NCBI GenBank assembly: GCA_964016885.1
Contig: OZ024742.1
Location: 70,060,001 to 70,124,000 of the forward strand
Direction of reading: 5' to 3'
Source of the DNA: Eledone cirrhosa
Taxonomy: Eukaryota
DNA: 64,000 nucleotides
In this document: positions 28,360-39,929 of the stretch, in pieces
How positions within the stretch are numbered: position 1 is the first letter of the stretch
Layout: each line of letters opens with the position of its first letter
Made by a program: the position numbers and the translations under genes
The notes under the pieces: generated by a model
Told to the model about the DNA's origin: nothing
What the model saw: only the letters and a program-made list of their open reading frames with translations
The model's database searches: none

Positions 28360-29936
28360 AAATAAAAAAAAACCTGAATTTATTGAAACAAGCTACCTTA
28401 CATGTAATTAAAAGGGTTTATTTACAATAGTTTATAACTTTGCCTATTAATCCGTATGGTGAGCAAATGGGATCCCACGTGCTGGCCTCCCCACAGTCCC
28501 GGCGGACAGGATGGAGAAGGCGTTTCCCCGGACGATGGTAATGGAGATGTCCTGGAAGAGCCATTCCAACTCGCGAGGCTCACACCTGCGGCTAGCCAGC
28601 TCAGCGCCTATGGTGGTGAATAGGGAGGTAGCCCTAGGGCCAAGGTCACGACCGCGAACATGTCGGAGAGCGACCGGTACTTGGAGAGTTTGGCCTCCTC
28701 AGCCGGACGTGCAGCAGTACCTGGGTTAGTCGTAGACTGCACCAGGTTGCGGCTGGAGAAAGTGTCGCTGCAAGTGGCATCCCAGACGAGGGGTTTGCCA
28801 CTGCAGAACGGGAAGATGGTCACACCGTCTGGCCTTTTTCCATCCCCTCGGTCCAGCCCCAGCACCTTGAGCTGGGAGGGGAAGCCTGCAGCGTCCAAGC
28901 TATGCTTAATGACCTCGTTGAGGGCAGCATGGCGTGGAAGGCGGCCGGCACTGTGGTGACAGGAAAGTGGGTGGAGTCCGAAAGAGTCCACGGTGGATCC
29001 ACAGCGACATTTATGTGGCTCGCAGATCCGGAGGCGAAGCCTCAAGGAAACGCCGTTGCGCAGGCTATCGTTATCCAGCTGTGTGCCAATGGAGAAGGAG
29101 CCAGGCACCACTGTGGGGTTTGGAGGCCGCGCGAAAACAAGCAAGGCGGTGCTGGTCGAGCTGGCGCGTGAACCTGTCTAAGGCCAGACTGCACTGGATG
29201 GCATCCCATACGCTTTGGGGGACTTGACGTCAGCAGGGGGAGACGTCTACCGGGCTAAGTCCCAGCCTGTTCCACGTCTCACAGGCGACCTCACGTTTCC
29301 TGAACATAGAGGGTTCTATTGTGTGTTGGAGAACCCTACTGACGAGGAAGCGGCATGAGGTTACCGATGAAAGAAACGCCGGCAAAGCCAGCGAGATCGA
29401 GGACCGGAGGCCAAGGCCGCCATAACTGACAGGTAAAGTGGCCTGTTGCCATCGAGTGTCGCCAAACTTGACGTTACATATCTCCTCGGCTGCTGCTCGG
29501 ATACAAGTATCGAGGTCAGCGAAGAGAGATGCGTAGCTGTAGCACGGAGCGCTGCGAAAGGTGTAGAGGAGCTTCGGCATGGTGAAGCAGTTCCTCAACA
29601 GGAAGAGAGCTGGGTAGCCGTCAATCAAGCCCAGTCGGCTCGTGAGGGTCTGGAGTTGTTGGAGCCTATACCTGATGGTGGAGCGGATGGCCGGCGAATG
29701 GATCGGTGACCCGAGGATGAGGACATCCTCTTTGGGGATCACCTGTACTTGGTGGAGAATGGACCGCACGTCCAAGACGGAGGCTGCAAAGCTCTCAGAA
29801 TCACAGCTGACATTCACCACCTCCGACTTGGACGAGGTGACCTGGAGGCTGATTCCCGCCAGGGCAGGAACCACAGATTGAAGGTCATGGCAGACAGTCT
29901 CCGCGGGCCCGCCCAGCGTAGCATCATCCAGGTATG
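28360..29936 (-). mobile_element. 5'-truncated CRE-clade non-LTR retrotransposon (RT C-term, zinc knuckle, RLE), frameshifted
   Basis: YLDDATLGG (29923-29934), LPVSYGGLGLR, CRCG..HPLSC..RH..LN and RGDGKRPDG.T..P...GK.LVWDATC.DT; GC-rich against the background. Confidence 0.85.
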
Positions 29937-30224
29937 GATGACTGGGTCATATTATCTACATAAAATACTCGGGAGCAAAGTTATTACTTAACCCTACTGC
30001 TCCTGTATGATAATAATTTATTTAGAACATGGACACAAAGATAAACATATTGAAGAGGGTGAGAGGTGCATAATTTTATAAATAATCTAGGTATTTTTAT
30101 TTATTTTAAACCAAAATTGTATTGTATTTAAAAATTAATTTCATATTAAAATTTTAAAAGTTATATGTTTATGTATTAATTTTAAAGAATGTTGATTTTA
30201 ATATTTGTATATTGGTGATGATGA

Positions 30225-30672
30225 TGGATATGCAGTATCGCTAGGGCATCGGACAACATGCTTAACGGCATGTAGCAAGTTCAAATCCTGTCGAGGTTAG
30301 CTTTGCTTTTCATCCTTATGGGATCGATAAATTAAAGTACCAGTAATCGACTTCCCCTTCTCTTGCTGGCCTTATACCAAATATAGAAGCAGATATTAGA
30401 ATACTGGTGACTGCACCTAGTTGGACATTTTATATATTGATTGGCAGACAGTAGTTGATAAACAAATGCTAGCAACGTGTATTATGGATTGGTAGTATTG
30501 GTAGAGGGTCGGACGCCATGCTTTGCAGCAAAGAGTTATGGCCCTTTATGATCTGAGTTCAAATCCCGCCGAGGTTAACTTTACCTTTCATCCTTACGAC
30601 GTCGATAAAATAAAGTATCAGTAATACATGGGATAATTACTGGCCTTGTGCCAAAAGTAGAAATAATTATAT
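30225..30672 (+). mobile_element. Two Nin/Deu-type SINE copies
   Basis: Family core and B-box at about 30280 and 30555. Confidence 0.75.
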
Positions 30673-30989
30673 TAAAAACATTTTTGAATTTTGACTGAAG
30701 GGCATTTTTGAAATGAAGAAGAAAAAGGGGGCAGGTGCTTAGACATGAATAGTACCCCGTTTCCTGTTTATAGTTTATAGTGTTTGTTAATGTGTGTATG
30801 TGCATTTGTGTTTTAGTATGTATGTCTGTGTGTGCGCGTATATTTGGTTATGTCTATATTTGTACGTATATGTGTGTACGCACGCGTGTGTGTCCGTATC
30901 AATGTATTTTGTGTGTATGTGAGCATGTGTGTGTGTGAGTTTGTGTCTGTGTATTTGTACGTGTGTGTGTGTGTGTATGTTTTCTTCAG

Positions 30990-31043
30990 ATCCAGCTGAG
31001 ACCTATTCCAATCGAGCTGAACTATCGAGAAATTCAAAAGATG
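30990..31043 (+). other. Candidate 54-nt internal exon of an unidentified host transcript
   Basis: Acceptor tgttttcttcAG, donor G|GTAAGT, length divisible by 3, open in two frames (IQLRPIPIELNYREIQKM or PAETYSNRAELSRNSKD). Confidence 0.3.
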
Positions 31044-32132
31044 GTAAGTGATTAAGAAACAAAACGTAATCATGCAAGTGTCATTATGTTGAGTTTAGGT
31101 GTTACCTTATTAGATAATAAGTATCGTCTAGTGAGCAGCTAAATGTTTTCTTTATAGCTCTGGTTCCCCCTCCTAACGAGAATTTAATTTTCCGCTTCAC
31201 TGTTTCTAGTGTTGTAATGTGAGCTCAAGCCGGTTTCGAACCGTAAGGCAATCTTCCGCATTTAAGAAAGCAGTTTGATGTGTCGATGACAAATGCTACT
31301 GCTGTCTTGTTGAATTAAAAGTGTATAGATGTGACAGGATATATAACCAGTAAGCGTGTTGGTGTTTTTCTTACTGCTTCGTTTCCTAACCTCTTAATTC
31401 GTCATCACGAGGATATGTAAGTTTGCCAAAACCAATTTGTTTGTTTTCTTTCTTTCTTTCTTTCTTTTGTGGTGGTAGTGGTGGGGAGAGGGTATGAAAG
31501 CATATATAAACATCAACACGTTTCTATCCCGGAGTTCAATTGAAAAACTATATAATTTTAAAGACAGTATAGTTAGCTGTAATGGACAAAAAACAACAAG
31601 CTATAAAGGATTCACACGTTAGAGAAACAGTATATATAACGTAAATGTTGGTGGGCTGGGCTGTGGGGGCGAAAGGTGAATGTGAAGTTGATGTTTCGTC
31701 AGTCGCGTCTATAACTGGTGCTTTGCCAGCTGAATGGAGATCCCCTGCCGAGAAATAGCTCTCCAGTTCACATGTACAAAACAGTGCAAGTTTGTGTAGG
31801 GCTGGCCGTCATCTATATGACATTTCACTACGTGACACCTAATGAGGGGACAGGAAGAAAATAAACCTTTACTACTAGCAGCAATCCGATAACCAGACAC
31901 GTGAATCATTATAGTCTCTATAATTTGGTAAATGCTACTCTTTCTTATAACTGTTTCGTGTGGCTTTCACTGTGAATTTTAGTAATTTGAAATCCAACAA
32001 ACGATATACAACCATTTATATATCACACTAACCCCCCCCCCCCCCCCACCCCACCTCTCTCTCTTTCTCTCCCTATATATATGTGTATATGTATATATAT
32101 ATTCATTTATTTATTTATACGCGCGCAGACGT

Positions 32133-32248
<116 letters not shown>

Positions 32249-32549
32249 CAAATAAGTGGGAAAAACGAGAAGAAAATACCCAAGGAAAATTCGCCCCACC
32301 CCGACCAGTTCTGTGGAAAAACAAGTAGTAATGAGACTATATAAAATATGTTATCACCTATATGTGTGTATGTGTGTGTGTGTGTGTGCCGTTGCCTGAG
32401 TATGGGATTATAATCAATAAAGAATAAGCCCTCAATATGTAAACAGCGGCATTTACCTTCTTAGGTATTCGGAGTTTCCTGAAGCAGCAATAACATCAGC
32501 TTTCTTGGGAAACATCACTTTCCTCGGTTGGTATATGCCAGTTCGTCAT

Positions 32550-32596
<47 letters not shown>

Positions 32597-32597
32597 G

Positions 32598-32633
<36 letters not shown>

Positions 32634-32695
32634 CGTGTGTGTATCCCGGGTTCAATCGGGGGTAACCATAGTAAGTGAAGTACTCAATATCAATC

Positions 32696-32742
32696 TTTCC
32701 TGATGATTTCCTTCGAATGAAACAGTTCTAGTCCTGTAGAAG
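32696..32742 (+). ncRNA. Type I hammerhead ribozyme motif (family 1)
   Basis: tttc-CTGATGA-tttccttcgaat-GAA-ACAG-ttctagtc-CTGT-A-gaag; GUA cleavage triplet. Confidence 0.6.
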
Positions 32743-32744
32743 CC

Positions 32745-32804
<60 letters not shown>

Positions 32805-32809
<5 letters not shown>

Positions 32810-33003
32810 AACGAGTAGGACCCCGACGGCTGAGCTCAAGCCGTTTCGACGGCTAATTCTGGAATTAGTCCAGAATTAGCCGTCGAAACGGCTTGAGCTC
32901 AGTCGTCGGGGACCTACTCGTTCCTATTACCCACTCTACTACCCTAAGTATTGAGTACTTTGGTGCGTTATGCTCCATCTGGTTCCTTACCACATTTCCT
33001 TCG

Positions 33004-33004
<1 letters not shown>
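32805..33004. mobile_element. Fold-back Penelope-pLTR-like insert in (TA)n carrying the 3' half of a hammerhead (family 2)
   Basis: 59-bp arms (32805-32863 / 32869-32927, 2 mismatches, 5-nt loop); GAA-ACGGCT-tgagctc-AGTCGT-C. Confidence 0.65.
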
Positions 33005-33098
<94 letters not shown>

Positions 33099-33744
33099 TA
33101 TTTAGGAAAAGTAAACAAGATATAGTAAAATTTACCAATTTACTGCGATGTGCCGACTGCAGTTTCGCTGAGTAAGCGCGGTTTTGAACATTCCAATAAG
33201 TTAGGATATTCATCACTGTGAAAAATCTCAGCTTATCAAGGAACTTCTCAATCAAAAAAACATTTTTCCGGGTTATCTGCTATCGGCGATAAATTCGATT
33301 TGGAAAATCATCACGTGATTTACGGTCACCAGGCGGGCAGTGATAGGTAGACAATGTCAAGTGACGGGACTGCTAGAAGAAGCAGTCCGATTTAGCCAAT
33401 TTTTTTACTCAGTCATAAGGGAGCAATTAATAAATTTATTGAAGATATTTATATGAAAATAAATATATATAAACCCAAGTATAAACATACATATGACGGA
33501 GTCCAACCAATACCTATTTTGCTCAATGAAGAAATTAATAAAAATCAATTAGTCAGAGCTTAATAAAATTATATTTGGGAAAAGTAAACAAGCTTTAACA
33601 GCCCCGTTACTTGTTATTGTCCACCTACCCTGCCCTTCTGTTGACTATAAATCACTTGATGATTCTCCCATAGTGAGAAATGCGTTGGCAGCCGAAATTT
33701 ATAAAAAGTTATATATATATAAATAGAGAGTTTTTAACCTAGAC

Positions 33745-33797
<53 letters not shown>

Positions 33798-34009
33798 TAT
33801 TTGCAGGGCATATAAACATGCCAGAAAATACGAATTTCCCTGTAAATTAAAAAGAAAATCAGAAACATCTTTTAATCGATTTTTGGATCTTATTGGACCC
33901 TCATACAACCAAACACAAGGAAACATGTATTTGTTGGGTATATATACCTATTTGCTCTCAGTATTATTCTGAAATGGACATACTAATTATATATATATAT
34001 TTATATATA

Positions 34010-34173
34010 TATATATATGAATGTATATATAATGTACTTTGCAATACACTTTATGCTTAATTAAAAGTATTTTGAAGACCGTATGCTATTGTTTTAGAGT
34101 AGTGACAAACTCACTTACTTTAATCTCAGCATAAAGTGTATTGCAAAATACATTATATATACATTCATATATA
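34010..34173. repeat. Inverted repeat (~45-bp arms) in (TA)n, MITE-like
   Basis: atgaatgtatatataatgtactttgcaatacactttatgct / agcataaagtgtattgcaaaatacattatatatacattcat, 1 mismatch. Confidence 0.7.
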
Positions 34174-34200
34174 TATTGCTATTTCAGAGCTCCAATTCTA

Positions 34201-34262
<62 letters not shown>

Positions 34263-34274
34263 TTAATATAGATG

Positions 34275-34325
34275 AGATTCTACAGGACTAGAACTGTTTC
34301 ATTCATTAGAAATCATCAGGAATCT
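34275..34325 (-). ncRNA. Type I hammerhead ribozyme (family 1), inverted copy
   Basis: Exact reverse complement of 34382-34432. Confidence 0.7.
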
Positions 34326-34381
34326 GGGTATCAAGAAATAAATATGGTATTTATAAATACCATATTTATTTCTTGATACCC

Positions 34382-34432
34382 AGATTCCTGATGATTTCTA
34401 ATGAATGAAACAGTTCTAGTCCTGTAGAATCT
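34382..34432 (+). ncRNA. Type I hammerhead ribozyme (family 1)
   Basis: AGATTC-CTGATGA-tTTCtaatGAAt-GAA-ACAG-ttctagtc-CTGT-A-GAATCT: 6-bp stem I, 4-bp stem III, GUA site. Confidence 0.7.
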
Positions 34433-34514
34433 CATCTATATTAAAACTGTTATACTCTGCTATGTATTGAGTACCTTACTTACTGTGGTTACCTCCGATT
34501 CAACCCGGAATAAC

Positions 34515-34568
<54 letters not shown>

Positions 34569-34661
34569 GAAGTATTTCCATAGGAGAGGTAAAGGAAAAG
34601 AGAGTGCTCTATGTAGGCTACAGAGCTTTTTGGTTATGTAATAAACAACATAAGATAATTA

Positions 34662-34734
34662 TTTCATTTACCAAAGGTTTCACGAAGACAGACGAGCTTG
34701 GCACATACGTCTGCCTTCAATCGTCAGAATGAAA
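34662..34734 (-). ncRNA. Type I hammerhead ribozyme (family 3), long stem II
   Basis: TTTCATT-CTGACGA-t-TGAAGGCAGACG..CGTCTGTCTTCG-t-GAA-ACC-ttt-GGT-A-AATGAAA: 7-bp stem I, 12-bp stem II. Confidence 0.75.
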
Positions 34735-34833
34735 TTTATTAAAATGGAAGTGAGGTATGGATTTCAAAACAATGGATTTTCATTCTGACGATTGAAGGCA
34801 GACGTATGTGCCAAGCTCGTCTGTCTTCGTGAA
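34679..34833. repeat. Inverted repeat, 56-bp perfect arms, 43-bp spacer
   Basis: 34679-34734 is the reverse complement of 34778-34833. Confidence 0.9.
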
Positions 34834-35413
34834 TATATATACCCAAATATATATACCCAAATATATATACCCAAATATAAACGGAGTCATAGACTTGCGT
34901 TATTCCCTGTCAATAATGTGCTCAAAGGAAAAGGTATCCTGAGCTCTTTAAAATACAATATGCTGAAAGGATAACATACTAAAGAGAGATAGAGTGTGTG
35001 CGATAAAAAAAACAGGGACACCACCAGTGTATGGAATCTATAAACTACGGAAGGTAAGGTAGACACATAATAATTAAAAATATAAATCAAAACGTCTATA
35101 ACTATATAACACACACGTACAAATCCAAAAGGATTCGTTTCGCCACTATATTAGGGACTAAAATGTAAATACCAATGGTTCATCAGCGTGTGCTTAGCAG
35201 ATACATTACAGACAACTCTAAAATACTTAAGATAACCGTCCTACACCACGCGGTAGGGAGAAGTGATAGCGTGCAAAGGGCAGTGAACCAGCGGCCCCTA
35301 AGGGACGAGCCACCAGAAATGGCAGCCCGAAACCACTCAAAGAAAAGTGCTCAACCAAACAGAGTGAGGAAAGACTGTTATAAGGAGCAAAATATCCAAA
35401 TATAAACGGAGTC

Positions 35414-35684
35414 AGAAAAACGAGGAAGTTTCGTTTACATATAAAAAATATTTATTGTGTATCGACCTGTTACGCGCGTTTCGCAAAGGATTGGCTCAAG
35501 GTGAGCCATAGGAGTTATGGACACGACTCCAGTATTGATCTGCTCCTCAGACTGGTAATGCGGAGCAGATCGATACTGGAGTCGGGTCCATAACTCCTAT
35601 GGGTCACCTTGAGCCAATCCCCAACGAAACGCGCGTAACACAATAAATATATTTTATATGTAAACGAAACTTCCTCGTTTTTCT
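35414..35684. repeat. Imperfect ~270-bp fold-back (Penelope-pLTR-like)
   Basis: Arms of about 130 bp with several mismatches and indels around tcagactggtaatgc. Confidence 0.8.
35466..35555 (-). ncRNA. Hammerhead ribozyme motif (family 4) with large stem II insertion and palindromic GCGC loop III
   Basis: ccagt-CTGAGGA-GCA...TGC-GAAAC-gcgc-GTA-acagg. Confidence 0.6.
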
Positions 35685-35761
35685 ATTATATACACTCGGC
35701 CTGTGTATAGAGTGCTGCTTGATTTGGTATCAACACCAGTATTTCACCGTAATACCTACAC

Positions 35762-36325
<564 letters not shown>

Positions 36326-36386
36326 GAGGAAGATAGGCGTTAAACGATGATGATGATGATGATGATGATGATAATGATGATATATA

Positions 36387-36438
<52 letters not shown>

Positions 36439-36954
36439 CTCTTCCTGCTATATCAATCGTTTACCTAATATATACCTTCCATATACTGTACCGATATGTG
36501 TGTGTATATATATATATATATATATCTTGGTGGTTGTGGTGGGAATGTGGTGATGGTGGTGGTCGGAGTATTGTGTAATTGTTTGCTTTTTGTTGTGGCT
36601 TGTTTGTTGTTGCTCTTCTTCATCGTCTCCTTCGCTTTCTTCTTCCCACCACCATCACTCTATAATTTCCTTATTTCTTGTTTTGTTTTGTTTTTTCCTA
36701 CCACCACCATCTTCAATACCATCTTCTTTTTCTTTACCGTCTTCCTTTTTTCTTCTCCTGCAGTCACCGCCCTTCAACTGCCGTCACTCTCCATAACCTC
36801 AGCCTCTGCACCGATCACTGAGGCGATGACTTACGCACCAATATTGACACAGTGACAAAGTCACGTGCTTCTCACCACCACTCCATCACCACCCTCGCTT
36901 ATATCAGTATATTTTTTCCACTTCAACACCGCACGTGTTATTGTTATGATTATG

Positions 36955-37638
36955 GTCGGTGATGTTGGCAGTATCGACAGAGCTTCAGACAAAATAGTTT
37001 GCGGTATTTAGATACGGCATTCTACGTTCTGAGTTCAAATCCCACCGATATCAAATCTATGTTTCACCCTTCTGTTATTGATAAAATAAAGTAACAGTAA
37101 AGTATTGAAGTCGGTATAATCGACTTTTTCCTTGTCCCAAAATTGGTGACCTTGTGCCTAAATATTGTTGTTACTGTTGTTGTTTTTCTTTTTTTTTTTT
37201 GGTGATGTTGTTGTTATTAATGCGTTATTAGGGCCGTGGATTGGCGGTATCAGTAGAGAGTCGGAGACCATGCTTTGCAGCATAGAGTTACGGTCCTTTA
37301 TGGTCTGAGTTCAAATCCCGCCGAGGTTAATTTTGCCTATCATCCTTACGGGGTCGATAAAATATAGCACCAGTAACGTACTGGGGTCGATTTAATCGAC
37401 CCCCCCCCCCCAATTACTGGCCTTGTGCCTATACTAGAAATAGTTATTAATTGTTTCTACTTTAGGCACAAGGCTAGCAATTACCCAGTGCATTACTGGT
37501 ATTTTATTTTATCGACCCCGTAAGGATGAAAGGCAAAGTCAACCTCGGCGGGATTTGAACTCAGATCGTAAAGGGACGTAATTATGCTGGAAAGCATGGC
37601 GTCCGACCCTCTACCGATACTGCCAATCCACCGCCCTT
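36955..37638. mobile_element. Three Nin/Deu-type SINEs, including a young tail-to-tail inverted pair (37231-37450 +, 37452-37636 -)
   Basis: Family matches; TSD tagttattaat flanks the minus copy. Confidence 0.85.
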
Positions 37639-38476
37639 AGTTATTAATGCTGTTATTTTTACTGCTGGTGTTGTCAGTGACTGTTAACTTTACTATAAAT
37701 AGCAGCTAAATACCCTTCAAACCAACCAGACCCTACTGTTTTTAAAAACATGAAGGAAATTTTACATTATACAGTGTTTCCTACATCTTAAAATAGTAGG
37801 GCCTGATTTAAAAGGGATCTAACTACTATTTCTAGTCAGTTTAGTGACCACATAAAGATTCCCTATTGATGTTATTAGCTATAGAATATAAGACTAGAAA
37901 TGTCTAAATTGAGGAACTGAATAAAACAGTTTTGAAAATGAAAACATGCATCGTATGCGAAGCGGCAACTTTCGAAATTACAAGGTGTTGTGGGCAATAA
38001 GAAGTTGTCTAAGGTCCCTTAGCTCAATTCCTAGGACGTTCATCCGGTATCTGTGAGATATAAGGTTCGATTCCTCGTAGCAGCAATTGGCAACCTTCTT
38101 TTTCTGTCTATAAACTTTTATGAGCTATTTATAGCAATCCACTGTATTTACAATTATCTTTCTGTTCAATAATAAGTACTATTATTGAGATTACCAGAGT
38201 CGCATAATATATTATAAACAAAAATACTTACAAGAAAGCATCAATTTAGCTAGCGTTCTTTTGTTACTCAATGCGATTTTTTGCTTTCTTATCTGAAATT
38301 GTTCAATATCTGGATCATATGTCGTGGCTTAAAGTCACTCGAGAAAGGCTAAAGTGATGCAGGTTCCCGATCTCTGATCTTGCATTATACAATGTTGTTG
38401 TTCTTGTTGATGTTGTTTGTTTATTTACTCTCTATAATAAGAATAAAATTTCGACCATTAATGTATATATTTGAGA

Positions 38477-38752
38477 AGGCGCATAGCCTAGTGGTTAAGG
38501 TCCTGGACGTACGATCATAATGTTGGGGATTTGGTTCCTGGACAGGGTCGAATGTTGTATTCTCGAGCAAACACTTCATTTCACGTTGCTTCAATACATT
38601 CAGATAAAAATGAGTTTCCCCAGTAGCTGAAAGTTAACCTTGTGATGGATTGGCATCATATCCAGAAGATAAGTCTTGTACTCTCAGTCGTTTAACGCCG
38701 ATGAAACCGGAGAAACACCGGCCTGGTGAGACTCTGGGCTTGGGACGGACTT
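38477..38752 (+). mobile_element. tRNA-derived V-SINE-like element
   Basis: A-box tagcctagtggttaagg; ccttgtgatggattggcatc..atccag and gaaaccggaga..ccggcctggtgag resemble the V-domain. Confidence 0.55.
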
Positions 38753-39229
38753 TTAATGTATATATTATTTTTGTTCTTGTTATTATCTGCAGAAAATAAA
38801 TTCAACTCCTACCGATATTAACTGTGCTTTCTTCATCTATCTCCAAGTATTTACCATATCTGAGACAATACAAATCTGCAATATGTCTTAGAATTTGAAG
38901 GGTAAATGATTGCGCAAATAATCAAGAAAAGAACAAAATATGTGTCCTTGTTCTTATATTAGATTGGGGCTTCCTATTGTGCCACATCTCTGGTAATAAC
39001 GTCTGTTAACTCCCCCTAACAAACTATGAAGAATTACGTTGCAAGTGCGAGGTATCGTGTTGACTTTTTTAACAAATCAATAAATAAGTACATGACTTTT
39101 ATTTTTGGTACCTTGGGCAAATGTCTACTATAGCCTCAAATTGAATAGATCAAAGTATATGATCCACGGTTGAATTTTGTGTGAATGATTACAATTCTTT
39201 CAGACATTGACGCAAATCAAAACGTTGTT

Positions 39230-39430
39230 GTTCTTCTTCTTCGCTCATTTATATTTGGGAGGATCGTGGGGACAAAGTCCTCAAGTACGCTTTCCAGCGG
39301 GTTCTGTCAGAGACTATCGTTTCCAATTTGTCTGGCTGGATCCCATGGTGAGACCAGCCGGGCTCTTGAATGTTATCCAACCATGGTGCTCGAGGTCTAC
39401 CCCTAGGTCTCTTGTCGGTTGGTTTTAAAG
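39230..39430 (-). mobile_element. RTE-clade LINE 3' fragment
   Basis: KRPRGRPRAPWLDNI..DRTRWK motif, (AAG)n tail. Confidence 0.6.
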
Positions 39431-39679
39431 TTATTAGACAGGTATATTTATTTTACTGACCCTAGACGAATGAAAGCCAGAGTTGACTGAGCAGAGGTTT
39501 GAACGTTGTGAGATATATTTAACTGTCTTGCCCACTCACTAACACACTTATGTCAGTAACAATAATTATTTCTGACATTAACACAATATGTCATATTTAC
39601 AAAGGAAACAAGAAACTGCAGGGGATGTATAGTGAATGAAAGGGTGAGAATAACAATAACAATAAAGACACATTAATAA

Positions 39680-39870
39680 ATAATTGTTTCTACTTTTGGC
39701 ACAAGGCCAGTAATTCACCAGTGCATTACTGGTACTTTATTTTATCAACCCTTAAGGATGAAAGGCAAATTTAACCTCGGCGGGATTTGAACTCAGAATG
39801 GCAAGGGCTGTAACTCTATGCGTCAAAGCATGGCGTCCGACCCTCTGTCGATACTGCCAATTCACCGCCG
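39680..39870 (-). mobile_element. Nin/Deu-type SINE
   Basis: Full family match. Confidence 0.8.
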
Positions 39871-39929
39871 TAATAATAATAACAAATAGCAATAACAAAA
39901 TAGAATAACAAGAAAGGAACCCAAAATAG

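Larger units (their letters stand above)
34259..34448. repeat. Perfect 190-bp spacerless palindrome (Penelope-pLTR-like fold-back; element extends to ~34516)
   Basis: Arms checked base by base; centre ggtattta|taaatacc at 34353/34354; flanked by (TA)n. Confidence 0.93.

Noticed and set aside
38013-38085. tRNA-like A/B boxes (tagctcaat..ggttcgattcc)
   Set aside because: The acceptor stem does not pair; more likely a decayed SINE head than a tRNA gene
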